A program made the position numbers and the translations under genes. DNA of 64,000 bases from Azolla caroliniana (taxonomy: Eukaryota; Plantae; Polypodiophyta): NCBI GenBank assembly GCA_043228905.1, contig JBHGNT010000001.1, forward strand, positions 29,016,001 through 29,080,000, read 5' to 3'. The notes under the pieces were generated by a model that was not told the DNA's origin, ran no database searches, and saw only the letters and a program-made list of their open reading frames with translations. Every line of letters begins with the position of its first letter. The first letter of the stretch is position 1. Below are positions 12,500-23,451 of the stretch, in pieces.

Positions 12500-13770
12500 A
12501 TGTAAGGAAACTAATTTGTTTAGTTTTTTGTTTGCATAAAGAAGTGGGGGTGATCGCAAATGATGGATCAAATTGGGTATTAGATTTGGATCCACGAAAG
12601 GTGAATTCTTTTTGGAGGATTTGGGTTATGGAAAGGAGATCAATATCTAACTTAACTTGAGATCCTAGAGAACTGTATTGGAAGGTGTAGGTGATAAGAT
12701 AAAATCTATGACGTTTTTTTAATATTCTGTGAAGATTGGTGCTAGATCATGGAAAGAACCAACCACAATTTTTTTCTGGAAATGAAATAAAATTTCTTCA
12801 CAAAATCTCAAACAATTTTGTAAATGGTTGTGGGGCATAAAAATCAGTAGGAAAATTGTTTGTTTTCGTTGGTTGTTGGTTCATAAAGCTATGGAGACGA
12901 AGGTGTTGGACAATGGTTTAGCATACGCAAGGGTGAAGAACTAAGACGGTCGGCACTCCATTCAAATCCTGGCGGTTAGGCCGAACCATGAGCGTAATCG
13001 GGACTCTCTCAACAGCAAAGGCCGAGAGGATTTTTGAAGAGGGCTATCATGGCATGGGGCCATGGTAGTCTGGACAACCAGCCGAAACCCCACACTATAC
13101 CGGTTAATGATTGGCAAAAGGGGATGTAGACAATATAGGCCCTTTTTATATGGATCTAGTGGAGTTTGCTAAGCATTGTGTGTGGAGTTGTGGTTTTGCG
13201 ATAGAAATATGGAAAAGAATCATAACACTACTAATACTAGTATATCCTCGAGATGTGTATACATCAAGAGTGATATTATGGGTGGTCGTACAAGATAAAC
13301 CAATGGTATATGAACAAGAGGAGGTTGTAGATGCTATTGCTGTGAGACATGGTTTGATGCAAAATAGAGACTAATAAACATGAAATATGACAATTGGTAA
13401 GTAGTATCACAATTTGGTATATTTGGAAGGCTCGATCTTTGAAGGTATTTCAAAATGTGACTGAAAGACTTGCCCAAATAATTTCTGGGATTTGGATAGA
13501 GATTGTGCATAATCCCAAAGGTTCTTTGGATAATATAAATAGTAAGACGCAACAAGCGGAGCTCAAATGATTAGAGTTTCATGCCACCTAGGACAGAGGC
13601 ATGGATTTCTAATAAGGCGGAATGGTTCTACTCTACACTGAAGTATTTATTTAAACCAACAGTTAGAATTTACAACAGGGGCTCATTACTGAAAGGTACA
13701 TCTTGTAAACACAATCTTTGGGCATTTCTTAATACTAATGTAGTATCTTTTTGTGGTGAAAAAGAAAAGA
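12500..13770 (+). mobile_element. Decayed L1-type LINE ORF2 3' portion (zf-RVT region)
   Basis: FRWLLVHKA|IPVNDW...VEFAKHCVWSCGFAIEIW parallels FQWLLIHKSLPVGAW...VESIRRTLWDCP of the large LINE. There is an A-rich end at about 13759-13770. The 5' boundary is approximate. Confidence 0.7.
12892..13094. mobile_element. About 203-bp GC-richer insertion of unclear class (solo LTR or tRNA-derived SINE) inside the LINE
   Basis: Removing it together with one cta/ctat copy restores the LINE frame H-K-A-I-P-V. Its ends read TG...CA. Weak A-box (ttggacaatgg) and B-box (attcaaatcc) matches are present. Confidence 0.55.
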
Positions 13771-15453
13771 CTTAGGTCTTGGGTCGTCAATAGGATTGAG
13801 GAATTGATATGTCATCTTTCAAAGAACTTTTGCAATATATGATTTGATGGATGTTGTTTTGGTTTACAAATTTGGAACAAAAAATGAATTCTGAAGTTCT
13901 AACCTACTACTAATAAACAAAACAAACTACTACCATATGAGATTATTAAGGGGAAATTGGGAGTTGATCACCAACATTTTGTGTGTTAAATAAATGTATG
14001 TAGACATTTCAACAAATTTATGGTTCAATTCATAACGATGAGGATAAACATGTAACTTTGAGGGTGTCACATTATATATAATGTAATTTGACGATTTAAC
14101 TAGGTTTTGCTTGAACGATTGACATTGAAATATGTTTAAAGTAAGAGATATTTTCTCATGTTTGGGTGCCGGAACTCGAAATCTATAACAAAAATTGAAC
14201 ATGTCTTCAACATCCTATAACAATGGCATTTCGAAGTCAAACTAGTAAATAAACAACTCCTTTATCCAATGAACGTTGATTCAAACAAGATCAAATGTGT
14301 ACCCTCCTTTCTTTTATGTTTTTGTTGTTAGTTATATTGGCTTTGTAGCTCACATTCAAATCACAAGCCATTTTGGTTCAAATGGGGTTTGAATGCTCAC
14401 ACACTCAATCATAGAATTCTCCAAATTACAGAAATTGTATCAATCTTCCACAAGATTAATAAAAAATTGTATCTCATATGTCGAATATTTGAGATAGTGT
14501 ATGTGTATGTCTCCATCTCAAACTCATTTTCTTCAACATATATTTGAAGTCTTTACTTCAACTTTGTATCCCTAAGTCTTTGATAAAGAGATACTCCACA
14601 AACCCAACTCCGAAAAAGAAAAAGAAAAAACAAGCTTTGTTGTTTACCGTTCATACAAATGAATCAAAACTAAAACGGGACAAAAGAGGCGCATCAATTA
14701 TACATCCACATATGTATGTCCTATTTTGACAAGCATTGTTAAGGGAATGTTTATTTATCTAGTCATACGGGAGGTAAACAAAGTCTCTAATTTCAATTGT
14801 TCTTTTCCCTAAAGCGAGTTCTAGCATATTCTAATGTAAGTTGGCAATTGGCATCATTGATCGTCTTCAACTTTAAGAACAATATCTAGGATGAGTAAAC
14901 TAATGAATAAATTAGGTAGCAATTGTTTGAACAAACTCTATGACGAATTTGTGCAAAAAGGTTGTGTGGTCTGTTTGTACCACTCGTAAGGAATGATGTC
15001 TAGGATGATTGTGCAAATTGGCAGAGTTGATTGTTTGCAACACTTGCATCAATGATGATAACTGGGATACCGATATGTAGTGTGGATTATTTGCAACACT
15101 TGAATGCATGGTGTGCATAATGACTCCAAGAAAAAAGGTAGCAACGTTGTGTGTGAAAGCAAGTGTGAGTGTGCGCAAATGATCATTAAAGGTATACCTA
15201 CGAAAATAGACTCTCTGATTACGATAGGTTATCATACACATATGTACTAATGTAGATTAAGGCCAAAATTCCATAAACAAGACTAAGAAAAAAAAAGGCG
15301 AGATAGTTTCATTTGTGTGCCACTTTTTGGTCTTGTAGGCCATGACATGGGCCTCGCTTTAAGGGCAATGACAATGATGTTAATAATATCTTGTTAATAA
15401 TATCTTGGGAGGCCTATTGATATTTATGTGATGGGTAGCAAGAGGGTGTTTGT

Positions 15454-15463
15454 TATATATAAG
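15454..15463 (+). promoter_or_regulatory. Candidate TATA box of the second PMEI gene
   Basis: TATATATAAG lies about 90 bp upstream of the ATG at 15548. Confidence 0.5.
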
Positions 15464-15547
15464 GAGAATTGAGTGCAAGCTTATTACTTAGTGCAAACGA
15501 ATAAGAAGACCAAGAGAGAGAGAGGGTGTGTGTGGAAAGAGAGAGAG

Positions 15548-16144
15548 ATGGGGAGATTTGAACTTGTGCCGATCACCTTAAGTGTAATTGTGATGCTTTG
15601 TGTGAGCTTTAGTAGTTGGGTAGGAGTAGGAGAAGGTGCAAGCACCCCATGTGATCAAACACCATACCCACAACTCTGCACCCAAATCCTCCACACCAAT
15701 CCTTCTACGGCCTCCTCCACCAACCCACCACTCCAACGACAAATCTCGGCAATGGCTGCGTATGCCCTCTCTCTCACCAATGTCTCGTACCACCAAGCCA
15801 CCCTCTCGAGCTCCCCTTCGTCCTCCTCTCTTGATGATTGCATTGAATTGTTGAGGAATTCCATGGACCAGCTCTCCCTCACGATCACCCGATGCGCGGC
15901 CCTTGTCAACGTGGGCACCGAGTCGGAATCTTTGAGGCGCCGCCACATCATGGACATCCAGGTCGCCCTCAGCCAAGCCTTCACGATGCAAGGCATGTGC
16001 TCCGACGGCCTTGGCCAGGCCCCCGATTCATCAGCTTCCAAGTCGTCCACGATGACATTGATCGTGAAGCGTAGCACCGAAATCGGCCAAGTCGAGGATG
16101 TCGCCCTCTCACTCGCCGGCACACTCCGCCAGACCGCCCCTTAA
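15548..16144 (+). CDS. PMEI: Pectin methylesterase inhibitor / invertase inhibitor domain protein (paralog of 2816-3571)
   Basis: The first ATG is at 15548; the ORF-track start at 15473 is a GTG. It has a signal peptide (ITLSVIVMLCVSFSSWVGVGEG) and the motifs CDQTPYPQLC, SLDDCIELLRNSMDQL and VALSQAFTMQGMCSD. The blocks AYALxLTNxxY and NSMDQL are shared with the first copy. Confidence 0.88.
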   Translation: MGRFELVPITLSVIVMLCVSFSSWVGVGEGASTPCDQTPYPQLCTQILHTNPSTASSTNPPLQRQISAMAAYALSLTNVSYHQATLSSSPSSSSLDDCIELLRNSMDQLSLTITRCAALVNVGTESESLRRRHIMDIQVALSQAFTMQGMCSDGLGQAPDSSASKSSTMTLIVKRSTEIGQVEDVALSLAGTLRQTAP

Positions 16145-17848
16145 AATAATTTCAATGATGTCCTTGTCCAGAAAGTGAAATTGCACACCCAAAATAACAC
16201 AAAAAACAAAATCCCCTTGAGGATGAGTGTCTTTTGTTTTTTTTTTTTTTGGGGGGGGGGGGGGGGCGGGGAGGGGAGGGGAGGACTTTACCAAAATACC
16301 CTTTGTAGTTCAAACTTATGCAAAGAGATATCCAAGCACAAGTTTGAAAACTTAAGGGCATTGTTGTTAATATCCCTACCCACCCACCCATCAAGTTACT
16401 CCCGAATATTTCGGTTAATTAGCTTTTCCACACTTCTGATCGTTTCTACCCGATATCCTCTATCTGTAAGAGGCAGATAAATTAATTGCCTCGTGCATCA
16501 GTCTTATTCCCATAGACTTCATCATACTCCTATCTTATATCCGCTAGTATCGTGTAAAGGTAGACAAACTATATGTTATGTGCATCTCATGGCCATCCAC
16601 CATGTTGTATGGGTCTCTCATCTATGTTTGATTAGTTTTCGTTGTTTTTAATGAACCATAAATGAATATTTATGTAGAAAAATGTGCTCTTGTAAGATGA
16701 TGATATCGATAATAATGCTTTACAGGCACTCAAGGAATATCTAAAAGTTATCATGTGGAAGGGCATGTGAGCTTCGCCAACCATACATACAATGCATAGA
16801 AGTTGTCAAAGCATATTTAAAAGTTACCTAATGAAAGGTCATGCGGTCTCAAACAATAATGTAGAGATTGTCCACCAACTTCCAAGCCCATGTGATCTCA
16901 TTGTCTAAATTAAAATTTAAAGAACATGGACTAATCAATTGAAGACTATGTTAGCTACACAATATCTTGATTAGTCCACAATCCGTAAATCTCATACAAT
17001 GGCAAAATTAACTGTATTATCCACGATTTAATAACTATAGTACTAACTCTAAGATCATCAATTGTATTATCAGGCTAAAGTTGTATACCCAATGAGTCAT
17101 ATCCCTCAATAGATGTATCTATATGTATTATGGGTTTACAATTAACTACATGTGATAGTATAAGGGCTCGGATGTAGAGTTTCCGTATCGCCATATAGTT
17201 ACAATTAGAAAGGGCCATGAGATTTACAATTCCATTTGCACATGCACACAAATCCTAATGTGCCTAGCATTTATCCACTTGTGACAAATAACCCCATAAA
17301 GTCAAACGGAAATGAGAACTTGGCAAATAATGTTATGTGTGTTGTTGGTGATTGCGGTGATGTTTTCTTCTAACTATTGTATGCCCAATGCCAATAATGG
17401 TGCATATGTGCAAAAAATATTAAAAGCTTGATTCTGGTTCCATAATTCATGTCACCTCACACATTCAATATTTCTCTACTTTTGATGAGGGTTGTAGGAA
17501 TATAAAGTTGGGGAACAATGAGTATTCATGTGACATTGTTGGTGTTCACTGTTGATGATATGTGCTTATACTTATATGATCATTTTGTTGATCAAGGATG
17601 TACACCATATAATGTCAACTCTTGAGCTTGATCATTTAAATTACGCAAACTGATTGTGATTATCTTTGCAATAACCCGAAACCTCACATTGAAATAAAAC
17701 CCCACTAAAATACCTATGAGTATAAGTACTTGATAAATATTTGAGAGTTGTCAAGTAAAATATCATGGATTTGAAGTTCATCATGAAATGATTTGCCTAA
17801 GAGATCACTTTAGGAAGAAGATTTTATCTACACTAGGTTGTTTGAAGA

Positions 17849-17951
17849 CATATAGTCCATAATAACTAAACGCTTACCGAAATTTAGTCAAGTTGTAAGG
17901 TGGCTCTAGGGTGATGTCCATATAGTCCATAATAACTAAAATCTTACCCAA
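17849..17951. repeat. About 70-bp tandem repeat whose second copy is split by the LINE and resumes at 32296-32335
   Basis: Copy 1 is catatagtccataataactaaa...ttaccgaaatttagtcaagttgtaaggtggctc. Copy 2 continues as atttaatctagttgtaaggtggctc at 32311. Confidence 0.75.
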
Positions 17952-20142
17952 TTTTATTTTTTATTTTTTATTTTTTATTTCCAAAAAAAAACTCCTTCCA
18001 TTAGTTATAAAATTTTACAAATGAGACGATTATGTACAAATCCCTGAAGGGATGCGATAGTTCCATTTTATGTGGATGCCCACTAACTCAAGAAAGGGAG
18101 AGGACGACCATTGTTGGATGAAGGCTATTCGTTGTCTTCAACTCCCTCGGAGCCGCCCTTAAGGCCATCATATTGGCTCTTCAAAGTGGCTACAATTTCA
18201 CTCCATATCTCTTGCAGTAACCTTGTTGGATGTGCGGTTTGGTTGGAGAAGACTTGCCTACATCGTTGTTTCCATAGGATCCAAAGAGTTATTGGGTTGA
18301 CCAATTCCAACACCTCTTGAGATTTGTCATTAAGAGGAGTGGAGTGGACATTGCCGTTGGAGGAGAAAAATACCTCTTGTGCTTGTATCACCAAAGTCAT
18401 CCCCTCCTCCTGATGCTCGTATCTGCCAAGTGCGGCCTGCCATGATAGCCAACATATATTTCCCCACTTGATTGAGCCTTGCACTTGGCATAATTGCAAC
18501 AAGTGGCCAACCCCCCGCCATATTCGATGGGACGTTGGGCAGTCCCACAGAGTGCGTCGTATGGATTCTACTGCATGTGGGCACTCTATACAATTAGGAG
18601 AGCTAAGGTTCCCACGTTGCCATGCTCCCACCGGTAGGGACTTATGTATTAATAGCCATTGGAACGTGGTAATTCGCCTTGCGTGTTGTTGTTTCCAGAT
18701 TTTCTGCCAAAATTTGGTGATTATTGTGGGAGGAACTTGGAATGTGTGCCAGACCTTCGCAGCAGCCGACTCTCGGGCAGTTTGGGCGGCTAGACTATGG
18801 TGACCCAATCTAGTTGTGAATTGGAAGAAAGGGATGGGTTTGCTTCCTTGCCCCGCATAGGGATCACGCCATGTCCATTGCAAAAGGGTCCCAACTGACC
18901 TTATGTGCCAATCGGGTTGTACTTTGATCGGATAAGGATCTATAGTCCATTTACGACCAGTATACGCGAGTACTCGAATTGTGATATTCTGTGTTGCTGT
19001 CTCGGTGTCTCGCAATTCACAGCCTTCGAGTCTGTCTGGTGGTCCCCTACCTCTCGGGAACAGAAATCCCTCCTCCTCGTGGCCTATCCATTTCTCCATT
19101 GTTGTTCTTTGAGTAGCAGATTCCCTAATTAGTAGAGCATTAATGATTTTTGATCTCATAGTTCATCCGCCCATGATTCCATGGAGTATGTTCGCTTGAT
19201 CTTGTAGTGGCCGTGGCATAAACCATCGCCAACATTCTATACTTTTTCTTGGATCTTCTGCAATGTATCCCCATGACAACCCCTTACGTGATCCCAGTAG
19301 TTGATTAGATTCATCCTTGATACATGGGTTCCATAGGATACGTTGTCGTAGTGTATTTCGTACACTACATGAAAATAATGTAAAATAACCGATTGAATAA
19401 ATATGAAGAAAAAAAAGAAGAAGAAAATATCAAAATAAGCATTACATGCATAGGGCAAGATTCAAACCTTGCACCTCCATGTTAATAATGTAATGTCTTA
19501 CCATTACACTAGCATTTCATTCCTGTTAAAAAGTAGATGTCCCACATGAAAATCGTAAGTTCACGTAGGATAAACTTTAGTTAAAAGAAAAATGCATGCT
19601 AAAAGAAAAAGCTACACATGCACATCTAGTGTGCATGAACGCTATAGTTGATAAAAAACGCACAAGTTAGAAAAAGCATAATCACTTTAGATAAAGCATA
19701 TAGTCTATCTATAGGAAAAGCATGGAGTCTATAGTTAGTAAAAAAAAAGCATGGATTCCTAAGACTCCCTCATCACTACATAAGGATGGGGAGCACAATG
19801 TAATAGGTGTGAAAAATATTTGGAAACTGGATATGTTTCTAAAAAAATACCAATTAATAAACTATACTCGTGGGATTCACGAGGATTCTATATCATTCTC
19901 TTTCAACCCAAATTTATATTCTTATATTCATATTGATTAATCTAATACAATACACTCATGGGATTCACGAGTTTGCTATAACTCTTTCTTACAACATATT
20001 TATATTCTTATTAGCCTTAAAACTCTCCTCTTCCTAATCCAAAACCCCAACGGTTCCCACCCGACTCACGCAAACGATCTGGCGCTGAAAGGCACGACAC
20101 AAGTGGTGAACCCAACGTGAAGAGTAGCAGGGGAGGACGAAG

Positions 20143-21599
20143 ATGGATGGCAAATATCTCATGGAGGCAATGTCAAAAAGGATGATGGAGTTTCTGAGAG
20201 AAGGGAAAAGACGAAATGAAGCCCAACAAGCCGTCGATAGGGTAGTCGAGCGAGTGAGCTATTTCAATGGTGCCGAAGTCCAAAGTTTCCTAAAAGTCTA
20301 CAATGCGGAGATGGATTCAAGAGGTGTGGACAAAGCTATGAGGCTAGAGTACTTTTGTCAGGTGGTGTCTCAACCGATCTTCAAAGATGTAAAAGAGCTT
20401 CTAGAAGCTCATGATTCGTGGGCGACTTTCGAGAAGGCTCTATTGGAGGAATATGGCTATGAGAGACTGAAGGGATCGAGATCGACGCAACTTCGACCAA
20501 TGGGTGACATCAGCGAAGACCCACCAAGGCGCGACACAAGCATTCGTAGACTTCGAGCATCATTTTTCTCAACTCTCGGAGCGGGAACAAAGATTAGTGG
20601 GGGTCGATAAGGTCCTTATGTTCATGAAGTCAATCGATCGAATGGAAAGGATGGCCATCGGCCTCAAACTCGAAGAAGATGATAGTGCAAATGGCCTCAT
20701 CGAGGATTGGAGCAAAGTGGAAAGTGTATGCCGACTACACGATAAGGGGCAAGCGAGAATATCGACGACAACAAGACGGCCCATGAGGGACGATCGAAGA
20801 GGGACAAGATGCAACAACGCGCCACCAACAAAAGAAATGAAGCTTAAAAAGGAGACAAAACCGAGGTGAATGGTGATCGAGGAAGAAGAGACCTCCCAAC
20901 AAATGCGGGTTAATGAAGTGGCCGATACAAAGGCTCAGGTTCGGTATGACGGTACCGAGACAGAAGGTGTGAAACAAGTCACCTTCTTGTCTTACGAAGA
21001 AACGACGGCCAAGGAGGAGGCCGATGACTCGAGCACGGCAAACGCCACTTCGAGGGAGGATAAATGTTTCGGAACACGCATTGTGTACGAAACATTGGGT
21101 GATGAAGGTGCAAGCATGAGAAAAGCTTGCATGATCGAGGGAGATAAAGTGTTTGAGTCTGAAGAGATTGAGGAGGTAGCCATGACAAACGACATCGAGT
21201 CGGAGGTGGCTATGGACGAGTCGACAACGGATAGCCATGTCAAGACTTTCTTCACGCTTGTTCTAGAGACTTTGGCGGTTGCGCCCGTGTGCCAACGTGA
21301 GACCGGAGAGATGGAAGGTGGTGACGGGAAGATGAAGGCCCAACACAAGGAGGAACAAGATCGAGGACGAAAGGATATCCCCACACCTATTCTAGAGACT
21401 TCGGCGGTTGTGCACGTGCGCCAACATGAGACCGAAGAGACGGAATGTGCGGATAGAAAAGCGGACGACCGGAAGGGTGATGAGGAAGACAAGGTAAATG
21501 TGCATGAACGAAGGGATTCCTTCACACTGGTTCCGAAGACTTCAGCAGTCGAGACCGTGTGTCAACATAAGACCGAAGGTGAAGGCGGGTGGCAAGGAG
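20143..21599 (+). pseudogene. Gag-like module 1 plus acidic low-complexity tail (frameshift at about 20475, stop at 20867)
   Basis: Reads YFNGAEVQSFLKVYNAEM...SWATFEKALLEEY...DKVLMFMKSID...GLIEDWSKVESVC, followed by recurrent (I/V)LETSAV...QxET repeats. Confidence 0.65.
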
Positions 21600-23451
21600 A
21601 TGGAGAATCAACAAGAGGCGATGAGCATAACGATGATGATGATGTTCGAGTGGATGCTACAAGAACGAGGGATGTCGAAGATCACGGCGGCTTGTACAAC
21701 GAAACGGACAATTCAACGGAAACGATGTGTCACGCTATCTACGTGACTACAAGGTGGAGATGATGCGATGTGGGATACCGGAAGGGTTGCAGGTGACATC
21801 CTTCAATCGGGTGGCCATGGATGAGCTACAAGAGAGAATCCACAAGATACGGCAACAAAACTCGACATGGGGGTCATTCGAAGAAGCTTTACAAGAGGCA
21901 TATGATTACAAGAGACCAAAGGGACGAGATCAGCGAGAGTACGATGAATGAGTGGCATCGGAGAAGACCCACCGAAGTGCAACACAAGCATTTCTAGAGT
22001 TAGAGCATTGTTTTGCTCGACTCTCAGAGCGGGAACAACGATTGTTGGGGGAGGATAAAGTCCTAATGTTCGTAAAATCGATCGATCGAAAAGAAAGGAT
22101 GGACATCGGGATCGAACTCGAAGACGATGACGGTGCGAATGGTCTTACCGAAGATTGGGCCGAAGTCCAAAGGGTATGCCGGAGACATGATGAGAGGAAG
22201 ATGAGAATCTTGTTAACGACATGGCCGATGAAGGATGGTCGATTGAAGACAAACGATGGAGCCAATATGAAGGCCGAAATAAAACATGATGGTGCGACGG
22301 AAGAGGGTGTAAAACAAGCTACCCTCTTGTCTTGCAAAAGAACGACGGCGAAGGATAAGGCCGATAACCCAAGTGTAGAAGAAGATTTCGGAATACAAGT
22401 GTCTGAAACATCGGCTGAAAAAGGGGTAAGCATAATTGATGTTTTCATAATTGATGCAGTGAAAGAGAGCAAGGAGGACTTGATTGAGGAGGTTGCCGCA
22501 AAAGATGACATCGAATCGAAGGTGGCTATGGACGAATCAATGGCGGATGGCCATATGGAGACTTCCCCACCACTAATTCTAGAGACTCCAGCGGTTGCGT
22601 TTGAAAGGCAACGTGAGACCGAAGAGACGGAAGGTGGTGGAGAGAAAACAAAGGTCGAAGCCGATTCATACGACAAAGAGATAGCTGAGAAGATGGCTAT
22701 GGGTGAAACAACGGAGGATGATAATACCAAGGATTCCTACCCACTAATTCTAGAGACTTCGGCGGTTGTGTCCGAGAACCAACGTGAGACCAGAGAGACG
22801 GGAGATGGCGGCGAGGAAGGTAAAGTTGCAATCCGGTTCGGATGGAAGATGATCCGTCCGAAATTCCAATGTAAACAAAAGCACGACAACGCGAAGGTCA
22901 GGTCTACGACGGGAGGAGCACGTAATACGGAACACGCGGTACGGCGCAAAAAGAAGCACGCGTTACGGTGCAAAAAGAAGCATGCACTACGGGGTAATAC
23001 GACGCATGCACTACGATGGAATACGAAGCATGCGCTACGGTGTAATACGACGCATGCGCAACAACGAGAAATGAAACATGCATTAAAGCCGCACAAGGAC
23101 CTAACAGCGAGCGCGTATTCGGAGGTCGACATCGACGCATGGGTAGAACCTACGGAAGACAAGCGCGTAGCGGAGAGAGACAACACGCGGAGATGCTCAA
23201 GAGGACCACAAGGGACCATGACAACCACTCATGGCAATGCAAAGAATGAACAAAGAATATGGTGGATCGGATGGCAACAATGGTTCAGGTGGAAAGAATG
23301 GATGTGTTCAAAATGGAGACACAAAGCCGACATAGCAAGAGAAATGGAGGGCGCAACAAGTGACGAAGAATTACGAGGGCCGGTAACCGGAGACTGGACA
23401 GAGCCAACAACTGAACTGAACCAACCAACCATGCGGAGAACGGACGGATGA
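21600..23451 (+). pseudogene. Gag-like module 2 plus acidic tail and basic HALR repeats (frameshift at about 21690, TGA at 21949)
   Basis: Reads FNGNDVSRYLRDYKVEM...TWGSFEEALQEAY...DKVLMFVKSID...GLTEDWAEVQRVC and is clearly paralogous to module 1. Confidence 0.65.

Noticed and set aside
15473-15547. ORF-track N-terminal extension of PMEI-2
   Set aside because: It starts at a GTG immediately after the TATA box. The signal peptide begins at ATG 15548.
16235-16285. Poly-T/poly-G run (G-quadruplex-like) after PMEI-2, and poly-C runs at 42817 and 43154
   Set aside because: Simple homopolymers recur in this window, are error-prone, and show no evidence of function.
19340-19344. Alternative 5-bp TSD ACGTT for the Gag-only element
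   Set aside because: It would remove the 5' T of the LTR. The 3' LTR starts TGTCG after the PPT and the ends are TGTCG/CGACA, so 4-bp ACGT is preferred.
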